This document shows positions 54,268 through 64,000 of a stretch of DNA of 64,000 nucleotides, piece by piece. A program made the translations under genes and the position numbers. A model generated the notes under the pieces. It saw only the letters and a program-made list of their open reading frames with translations. It searched no databases and was not told the DNA's origin. The stretch covers positions 5,963,842-6,027,841 of the forward strand of contig MU053557.1 in the NCBI GenBank assembly GCA_013239625.1, read 5' to 3'. Position 1 is the first letter of the stretch. Each line of letters starts with the position of its first letter. The DNA comes from Lama guanicoe (lineage: Eukaryota).

Positions 54268-54402
54268 CTGAGATGGTACAGAAACAAAACACCTCCACTC
54301 CTCCCCCTCTGCAGGTGGCAGAATGTCATCTACTTTTATCACTTCTGTGGCTTTCAATTCTCAGAGCAAGATCTTTGCTCAAATCTGTTTTCCCACAGTC
54401 TA

Positions 54403-55005
54403 ACTGCACATCATATATCAAATAAGGGGTTAATACCCAAAATGTATAAAGAACTCATACAACTCAACAACAAAAAGTAAACAACCCTATTAAAAAAATG
54501 AGCAGAGGAGCTGAATAGACATTTTCCAAAGAAGACTTTCAGATAGCCAACAGGCACAAGAAAAGATGCTCAACATCACTAATCAACAGAGAAATGCAGA
54601 TAAAAAACACAATAGGATATCACTTCATACCTGTCAGAATGGCTACTGTTAAAAAGACTGCAAATAACAAAAGTTGGTAAGGATGTGGTACACTCTTGGA
54701 ATGTAAATTGGTACAGCCATTATGGAAAACAGTACAGAGGTTCCTCAAAAAACTAAAAATAGAACTACCATATGATCCAGTAATTCCATTCCAGGGCATA
54801 TATTTGAAGACAATAAAAACACTAATTTGAAAAGCTACATGTACCCCAATGTTCACAGCAGCATTATTTACCATAGTCAAGATATGAAAACAACCTAAAT
54901 GTCCATCAATAGATGAATGGATAAAAAAAAAATGTGTGTATATATGCACACACATACTGTGGAACTCGGGCATAAAAAGAATGAAATTTTGTCATTTGCA
55001 ACAAC
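54403..55005 (+). mobile_element. L1 ORF2-end fragment
   Basis: Typical L1 motifs (aaagaactcatacaactcaac, ccatatgatccagtaattcc). Confidence 0.85.
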
Positions 55006-55112
55006 AATGTATTGGGGCTCTTACTTGAAGCCCTAGAAAAAAGAGCAGAATCATAAGCAATAAAGGACTTACAGGGACAATGAAGAAAGTGCGAACTCTT
55101 TTCTTAAAAAAC

Positions 55113-55200
55113 TTTTTTGTTTTCCCTTAATGGAGGGACTGAGGATTGAACCCAGGACCTCGTGCATGCCAAGCAAACTGTCTACCACTGAGCTATGCCC
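55113..55200 (-). mobile_element. tRNA-derived SINE, Vic-1-like (camelid)
   Basis: Minus strand reads gggcatagctcagtggtaga...gcatgcacgaggtcctgggttcaatcctcagt with A/B boxes and an A-rich tail. Confidence 0.75.
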
Positions 55201-57129
55201 TATTACACAAACAGCAGTCCCAGGTTCTAAGTAAGAAATCCAGCAGTTTTGGCTCATTGTTAAAAAAAAACTCAAATCCCACACTACTACACAGTGGCCC
55301 CAGGTTCTGAAAATAAATGAGACCCCCAGCAGGACTGGCTCATTGCTGACATGGCTCAGCCTGCCTTATTGCACAGACAGTGGTTCTGGGTTCTAGAGGT
55401 AAGAATCTCAATGTCTACTGTACTGCGCATGATACAGAGGTGGACAACATGAGGTCCCAAGCTGTGGAGGAGAGTAGCAGGGAGCCCCTCACACAGGCAG
55501 CAGAGCATGGGGAAGGGCTGCAGGTTGCTGGTAGGAGACCTAAAAAAGGAGACTAATCTTTAGATCCCATCAGAAGAGCCAGAACATGAGACCAAGCTGA
55601 AGTTGTTTTCAATTTAGTTTCCCTTTGTTTTAAATACATTTTCATAATGAATTACTATCTTCGTTTTGAATTTATGTGTTCCACACCATAGTGACCTCAC
55701 GGCGAATTCTGCGACATCAACCAAACTGTGGCCTTAGACCCTAGCCTCCAGTCAAGCAGAGTTGCACCTCACACCCATGCTCAGTGGAGCTGACAGAAGC
55801 GCTCCGCCTTGCCTTAACCACTGCCTGCTTTTGGTTCCTCAAGGTTATGCTCAAAGTCACCTTCTGTGGGCTGGGAAGCACCACCACCTCCTTCTCTTGC
55901 TAGTCTTCCCTTTGAAGGCCCCTGAACATAGATACTAAGTCTGGTCAAAGAAGGACAGGACTCACGTTTTCTCAGGATACTCATGGGAGGCAGGAGGGGA
56001 ACATCAATTTTTGTCGGCTATCAGCCAGACTTAGCAATTCCACTCCTGAGTATACACCCAAGAGAAACTCTAATACACATGTACCAGTGACAACCATAAA
56101 AAGTAATACACTACAAGAGCAAAATATTGGAAATAGCCCCAAATGTCCATCAACTGGGGAACTGATAAATGATGGAATATGTGGAATATATGGGATACTA
56201 CACAGCAGCGACAGCTCGACACATCGGCATGGATCAATTTCATATACAGTAGGGTAATAACAGTAAGTCACAGGACATGTATTCTTTAGCTCAACATATA
56301 AAAGTTAATAATAATTCCAAACAATAAATTATTTAGGGTATATACGTGGCAAAATTAGGAAACAGCGAGTATCCATAGGGTGTAAAGGAGGGAGACGTTA
56401 CCAGGGAAGTACACACAAGAGCCTCAAGGTGTTGGCAATTGTTCTGTTTCATAAACAAGGTCGGTGGGTACACATATTTATTTTCTAATATTTTCAACAT
56501 TTCTGAAATCTGGATGGTCTTGAGATGTAGCTGTCAATATCATGAATATATCATAACCAGTTTCTTTTAAAACAGTTTACTTTTTATGTATTCATAAGGG
56601 TGATAAATGTCAAAGTCTGAAAGATTTTTTAAAATAAATATAAAAAATTCCAAGTGACAAGAAATCATTGTGTCAGTTTAAGTGGTATAATTTTCTTAGT
56701 AGTACATATAGTATACATTATGCTTGATGACATTATTTTTAATGGAATACTAAATTTTTAATCATATACATTGCATGTATAGTTTTACAAGTATGGTATA
56801 TTTTACACTAAAAATGTATTGTCTTTCATCATTTCTCCATATTGCACAGGGGCAAGAAAAGCCACAAATACCGCTAATTTAGTACTATGTAAGTGGAAAA
56901 TACAGGAAATTATGGCAGAGACAGACTGCTGGTTGTCTACTCAACACCCATTCTTGCTTTCCCTCCTAACAGACAATTTTACTGGGAGCAGGACCCTCAT
57001 AGCTTTGGCTCCTAAGAGTCTTCATGCAATCAGAGAAGTAAGCTAGAAGAAAGCTAGCTCGGTTTATTGACACTAATGTTGAATGGCTCTTAAATTTTTT
57101 TCTGAATCTTCTAATTTTGTTACCATACT

Positions 57130-59990
57130 AAAATTTTTTCTTGAATTGACATACATCAAAATTGATCTTTTTGGTGTACAATTTTATGAGTTTTGACATA
57201 CGTATAGATTAATGGAGCCACCACCACAATCAGAATACAGAACTGTTCTATCACTCAAAAAAGTTCTCTTGTAAAGTCCCTTTTTAGTCAAACTTCCTGC
57301 CTGTCCTAACCCCTGGTAACCACTGTTATGTCCTCTGCTGCTCTAGTTTTATCCTTAGCAGCTGTCATATGGATGAAATCACACAGTATGTAAGCGTTGG
57401 AGACTGGTTCTTTCACAGCATAATACGTTTAACATACCCTTCCCTGTGTGTCAATGACTCACTCCTTTCACTAGAGTAGTCCCACATGTTGTTTATCTCT
57501 TTCCTAGTTGAAGGACATTGGGGTTGTTTCCGATCTTTTACTATTATAAATAAAGCTGCTATGAATAAGAGCACACAGGTTGTTATTATGAACATACATT
57601 TTCATGGGAATGATGGGCAATATGATATGTTATAAGACCACCAAACTGTTTTCTAGAGAGGCACAATAATTTTGCATTCCCAAATCAGTGATGTGTAAGA
57701 GTACCACTTGCTTGTCATTCCTACCAGCAGCTGGAATTGTCATTTTTCCCCCTTTCTATCTAATAAGTGTACAGTGATAGCACATGTGGTTTTCATTTTG
57801 TTTTCCTTAATGGCTAAAAATAATGATCATATTTTCGTGTACTTATTTGGCATCTGTATACCTTCCGGATGAAGTGTATAAGTCTCTTGCCCATTTAAAA
57901 ATTTTGTTGTTTCCTTACTGTTGAATTCTAAGAGTTTTTTATTTATTACAGATGAAAGTTCTTTGTCTGCCATGCAATTTCCAAGCATTATATCCCAATC
58001 TGTAGCTTATATTTCAATTTTATTAGCAATGTATTTTGCAGAGCAAAGTTTTCAATATTAATAAAGTCTGTTGATTGTCTTTTCCCTTGTGAGAAGTCAA
58101 GACTTCCTTGGTTCCTTGTGTTGTGTAATTCTGAACTGTTTCCTGGACATTTTGAATAGTTTAAAATATAAATTCATAGAGATTATAAATTTATGTTAAT
58201 ATTTATGTAATATATAAGGTTTAAATTTTTGACATCAATAACATAAAGGAGGGAATAGAGATTTAAAGAAGCAGAGTTTTTGTATATGACTGAAGTTAAG
58301 TTGGAATCAATTCAAAATGGATTCAAGATAATTTTAGGATGTTATATGTAATCCCCTGGTAAACACAAAAATATATCTAAAAATATATACAAAAGAAAAT
58401 GAGGAAGGAATCAAAATGTGTCAATATAAAAAATTAACTAAACACAAAGAAAGAAAGGTGGTAATGGAGGAAATGAAGGACCAAAAACAAAAACAAAAAC
58501 AAAACAAAACCCTGTAAGACACAGAGAAAACAAATATCAAAATGGTAGGAGTAAGTCCTGCCTTATCAGTAATTACTAACCTAGAAATGGATTAAACTCC
58601 CCAGTCAAAAGGTAGAGATTGGTACAATGGCTTAAAAAAATGATCCAACTATATGCTGTCCACAAGAGACTCACTTTAGGCGAAGGACACCATAGTTTGT
58701 AAGCAGAAGGATGGGGAAAAGATATTTAATGCAAACAGTAATTAAAAGAGAATAAGGGTGGCTATTACTAACATCAGACAAAATAGACTTTAACCCAAAA
58801 ACTGTTACATGAGACAAAGAAGAACATTACATATTGATAAAAGGGTCAATTCACTAGATATAATAACTAAATATATATATGCACCAAATATCACATCTCC
58901 AAACTACATGAAGCAAACATCGTTAGAATTGGCAAGAGAAGGAGACAGATCTACAATAATAGTAGACTTCAATATCCCACTTTCAATAATGTGTAATACA
59001 ACCAGACAGAATATCAATAAGGAAATAGAGGACTTGAACAACACTATGGACCAAATGGGCCTAAAAGACACATACACTTCTCTCCACAACAAAATATACA
59101 TTTTTCTCAACTGCACATGGAACACTCTTCAGGATAGACCATATGTTAGACCACAAAACAACTGCTAATAAATTTTGAAAGACTGGAATTACACAAAGTA
59201 GCTTTCAAATCACAGTGGAAAGAAACTAAAAATTAGTATCAAAAGAAAAACTGAAAAACTCACAAATTTGTGAAAATTAAACAACATACTCTTAAACAAC
59301 CAATGGGTCAAAGAAGAAATTACAAGGAGATGGAGGCCGGTGGATCCCGTACTGTGGAGGGCGAGGTGACCTCGGCACCGCTGCAACCATGGGCCGCGAG
59401 TTTGGGCACCTGATGCGGATGTGGCATGTGATCACCTATAGCTTGTCGCCCTTCGAGCAGCGCACCGTCCCGAACTACTTCAGCAAGGGCATCCCCAATG
59501 TGCTATGCCGCACTCGGGTGTGCATCCTTCACGTCACACAGCCATCTGTAGCATTTTATCTTGTCTACACGTGGGGAATCCAAGAGTTTGAGAGATCCAA
59601 AAGGAAGAATCCAGCTACCTATGAAAATGACAAATGAGCAGCTCATCTGGACAATGGTTCCTTGTCTCTGAAAGACCCTTCTCTGGGAGAGGAGTCTACA
59701 TTGTAGGGTCCTGAAGACACAATAAACTTACTGTGAGCTGCAAACAAACAAATAAACAAATTACAAGAGAAATTAGAAAATATCTTCAAATAAAAACAAA
59801 ACACAGTATGCTAAAACTTATGAGAAGTAGTCAAAGCAGTGCAATAAAGTGATAATTTACAGCTGTAAACTCTTACCTTTAAAAATAAGAAAGATTTCAA
59901 CAACCGAACTTTACACCATAAAGAATTAGAAAAAGAAGAACAACCTAAACCCAAAACTAACAAAGAGGAGGAAGTAATATAGATTAGGGA
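57130..59990. mobile_element. L1 fragments: antisense 3' end (57130-58080) and sense ORF2 endonuclease region (58190-59990)
   Basis: EN-like translation (IYAPN...YMKQ...DFNIPLSIM...QNINKEIEDLNNT), interrupted by the UQCRQ retrocopy. Confidence 0.85.
59327..59757 (+). pseudogene. UQCRQ: Processed UQCRQ retrocopy; uninterrupted 82-codon ORF at 59389-59637
   Basis: MGREFGHL...YSLSPFEQR...SKGIPNVL...YTWG...[13 protein letters not shown], intronless. AATAAA at 59721, A-rich tail, TSD aaattacaag at 59317-59326 and 59758-59767. Confidence 0.95.
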
Positions 59991-60115
59991 AGGTTGCCTC
60001 AAAATTACAGTGCAGGAACTCAGTATCATTTCCCTTTCAATTAGAAACTCAACAATATGTACTCAGTCTTTAAGTATTTCTCCAGACAATGAGATACAGT
60101 TATAGACAAACTAAC

Positions 60116-60372
60116 CTGAAACAGAAACAGTTGTTTCCTTTTCTGGTTGAGCCTGGAAATGAGGTTGGAACCAGGCACAATCTTTTTGAGTTCAGTTACC
60201 AGGACTGAAAGCTCAATGGAGAACAGGCCTCTCTCATTTACTCTGTTATTTTCAGAGTGTGGCTTTAAACTATGTCTTTGGAGGTCTCTCCAGCTTGCTT
60301 CAGGCTCTGGGTACCATCCTGCATCTTTACATACCAGGTGGACCACTCTGGCATCACTGTTCTTGATGAGAA
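60116..60372 (-). pseudogene. Butyrophilin-like unit A, IgC exon
   Basis: LIKNSDARVVHLVCKDAGWYPEPEASWRDLQ...NERGLFSIELSVLVT. Frameshift before ETTVSVS, donor GTTAG retained, acceptor AG lost. Confidence 0.85.
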
Positions 60373-61424
60373 CAAGCGGGATGAGATGAGAAGGGAACAA
60401 GCGGTTCAATTAAGAAATCAACAAATGGTTGATTCTAGTTTGAGTATTTTGAATATGATGAACCAAATGGAAGGATAGTCCATCTCCTGCATAACTTAGG
60501 TAGAAAACAATGAAAGTTTCATCAAAATAAGTGGTTATCCTAGGGAATCAAAGTAGCAGAAAAAGGCAAGAACAAGAAATTTTTAAGAACTGAGATAACT
60601 GAAAATATTGAAGAAAGGAAGATAATAATGAGAAGCTGAGTCTAAGAATTTATAGTAATTATAATTCATATCAAGTGGATGCTATATTTCCCTACCATTA
60701 AGGAGATCTAACATATTGATGAACAGATGAACATTATACATAGAACTATTAATTTCCCTCCAAAATTTGTTTCATCAACTGTTATCCCAGACTCAGTGAA
60801 TGTCAATTCCATCACTCCAGTTAGATTGGGCTAAAAATCATTAAGCAACTAGAAGCCTTCTGTTTCTCTCATGTTCATTTCAGGAAATTCTATTTACTCA
60901 GTACTCAAAATCTGAAGAGTACATGTGCATACTATTCTCAATGTCCAAGTGGTGTACAAACAGCCTGGGAACAATACAGTTAAAACTCTTGGTATTTGTT
61001 GGAATCGGTATAACTAGAAAGAGTTATCGCTTAATATTTCCAGAAAACATCTCCACATTACCATATTTCAAGCTTCCTTTCCATTAGCTAGAGCTTAGAA
61101 AACATTTGTGGATTCTGAATCCATGTTTGAACAACTCTGAGAATTCAGCTGCACTGTAGTGACTCTAATAATTATAATGAACACTAAACTTTGAGAATTA
61201 TATGTCTAAATGATAATCTCAATTTCATAATAACTAGAAAACAAAATTACTATATATTATGATTAATTTGGTTCTTGTGTATGAACTAGAAATTTTATCA
61301 TGGATCCCATGATACCTGGCTTAATTTTCCATGGAAATCCAACTTATGTGTCAAACGTCATGTGACATCATTCAGATTTTGAATTTAAAACCTAAGAGGA
61401 TTCAGCATTAGAAAGAATATTTGG

Positions 61425-62642
61425 ACTCCTGGGCTTGTACCCAGAAGGAAATCTACTTCAGGATGACACCTGCACCCCAATGTTCATAGCAGCACTATTT
61501 ACAATAGCCAAAACATGGAAACAACCTTGATGTCCATCAACAGGTGACTGGATAAAGAAGATGTGGTATATTTATACAATGGAATACTACTCAGCCATAA
61601 AAACCGACAACATAATGCCATTTGCAGCAACATGGATGCTCCTAGAGAATGTCATTCTAAGTGAAGTAAGCCAGAAAGAGAAAGAAAAATACCATATGAG
61701 ATCACTCATATGTGGAATCTAAAAAACAAAAACAAACAAACAAACAAAAACAAAGCATAAATACAGGACAGAAATAGACTCATGGACAGAGAATACAGAC
61801 TTGTGGTTACCGGGGCGGGGGTGGGTAGAGGGTGGGAAGGGATAGACTGGGATTTCAAAATTGTAGAATAGATAAACAAGATTACACTGTATAGCACAGA
61901 GAAATATACACAAAATGTTATGATAAATCACAGAGAAAAAAATGTGACAATGAGTGTGTATATGTCCATGAATGACTGAAAAATTGTGCTGAACACTGGA
62001 ATTTGACACAACACTGTAAAATGATTATGAATCAATAAAAAATGTAAAAAAAAAAAAGAAAAAGATCTTCTCCCCCAAATCATAAATGTTTGCTTTCTGA
62101 GAATTTAAACTGCAATATGTATCACTTGGTGAAACTCTCTATACATACCTGAAAATTTGGAAACAGATTTTCTTAACCTGTTTAAAAAATCTTCCATGTG
62201 AAGAGTTCCAATGGTTTTGAACCTGCTTATGAAAAATATGAAAAGTAACTTGATTCATTTTGCAGGATTTTATTGATTGAAATCATGGAAGATCAAAATT
62301 TACCCTTCAATTTTTAACAAAAATGTTCGCCTAATTAGTAGATTGAATGGACTTACTTTAATTAACAAAGTTAATGATGTACTTTTTTGCAGTGAAATCT
62401 AAATATTTTTATGTGGTATATTTTTCAGCTAAAAAAACTATTAAATCCAAGTGTTTGAATAAAATGAACTTAAGACCTGTCAAATTGCTGTATTACAAAG
62501 TATTAAAACAATATTTTCAAGAATAATAAAATATTTACATTGTTCTTTCTAAGAATATTCATCTCACTAAAGTAATTATTATTAGTGAGAGCAAAATGTT
62601 TTACATGCTCAATAAATAAAATAGCTGTTCACAAAAAAAAAA
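61425..62642 (+). mobile_element. 5'-truncated L1 (61425-62063) with 3'-transduced flank (62064-62632) and second A-tail
   Basis: 15-bp TSD agaaagaatatttgg (61410-61424) / agaaggaatatttgg (62643-62657) encloses both parts. Confidence 0.8.
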
Positions 62643-64000
62643 AGAAGGAATATTTGGGACAAAGCAAATTATTCAATTAGTATGAATCATCTCTATCTGT
62701 ATATAGTATACATATTTACAGTGAGATTATAAACATTTTAGAGAAATGCATTTAAATTTTTTATTCTATATAAATACTTTAAAAATAATATGAGGTCAAC
62801 ACATATCCAAAAAAATTAACCCAAATGTAGAAGAACAAGTTGTCAATTAGGTCATTTATATTGTTATTTAAATTTTTCTTGCCAGTCTTTATCCTCAAGC
62901 CTTAATAGTAAAATTACATTGTTACCATAATTTTTGAGAGCTTTGATATTTGTTTTTCAAGGCATCCAGCCCAGTATCTTAATCATGGCAATGACAGCGT
63001 ATGAACTTATCCGGACATTTCTCTACAGACTCTGTCACTTGAATCAGATGCCAAACAAATCCTCTCATGACCCCACTCCCTGGGATACGGCTGCCAACAG
63101 AACAACTGCCACCATACTCAGGCCAGCAGCAACAGGTCTGATCCATGGAGCTTTCTGGCCAGTTAAGGAGGGAGGAACCATGAACACATAGAAGTCATCA
63201 TACATATAAGTTAACTTGTCATTATTAGTGGGTGATTTAGTCTTTACACAGTTGCTGCTATCTTGTCATAGAACCCACCTCATTTCTCCCAATCTCAACT
63301 GATGCTCACTGACCCTTACATTGTCTTCTCTAAGCATCCAGGCCAAACTTTCCTCCAACAACCACCCTTTCAGCTATAGGCAATCCTAGGTCATGTTCTC
63401 TGCCCCTACAGAACATATGTGAACTAACACTTAATACACCGAAGAGCTGCAGCTACCTAAATCTCCATTTTCCCATGCACAGAATAAAGAAATTTTTTTA
63501 TTCAACTCATTCAGCAGATGTTTCTGTGACAGACATTGTTCTAAGCTTTCGGGACATTTCCAGGAAGAGTAATGAGGAGAGAGTGGCTGGAGCACTGGAG
63601 CAAACCCAGGGTAGTGATATTCCTGTTACTTTTCCTTCAAATAAAACAAATCACTGTTAGTGTTTCTTCAGATACAGCTGTGATACAACTGCAGTGCACT
63701 CTGGGCGTAATGTTAAATTTTAGGATTTTCTTAAAGGTATGTAATCTTATAAAAATGCATCAACATGTAAACTAAGTGGAAAATTTTAAAGCAAACTATA
63801 TTTGAACTACAAATAAAAATTTTAATTACAAAATAAAACCACTGAGTAAACACGATTGTGTGTAATATATTGCATCATCTTAGGTTCCATTGCAAAATGG
63901 AAATATGGGGACCCTTGTTCAAAAATCAAAAAAGGACTACTAAAGATACTAAAATAAAAAAATTTTACCTTTAAAATATTTTATTACTTATAAAATAGAG

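Noticed and set aside
55130..55200. tRNA gene
   Set aside because: It has no intact acceptor stem and has an A-rich tail, so it is a SINE.
58809..59168. Functional endonuclease gene
   Set aside because: It is a frameshifted L1 ORF2 fragment interrupted by a retrocopy.

Overview
Mammalian genomic DNA, most likely camelid (a Vic-1-like tRNA SINE is present), with no prokaryotic features and one 64-nt N gap. The window starts in the SMIM3 (NID67) intron and contains its coding exon (5407-5589) and 3' UTR. Repeat-rich sequence follows (L1, L2, L3, MIR, MaLR/ERV LTRs, MER DNA elements), with a frameshifted FUS retrocopy and a full-length-ORF UQCRQ retrocopy nested in an L1. The main discovery is a decayed minus-strand butyrophilin (BTN/BTNL)-like cluster at about 34-64 kb. 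It has two ancient paralogous units with IgV-like, IgC, transmembrane and B30.2/PRY-SPRY exon remnants, and one unit carries a near-identical 1665-bp tandem duplication. Also seen: an L1 3' transduction bounded by a 15-bp TSD, a twin-primed inverted L1, a template-switch double hairpin and an old duplicated segment at 15.7/28.9 kb. All gene and repeat family names come from recalled consensus sequences, not from a database search. Repeat boundaries are approximate.
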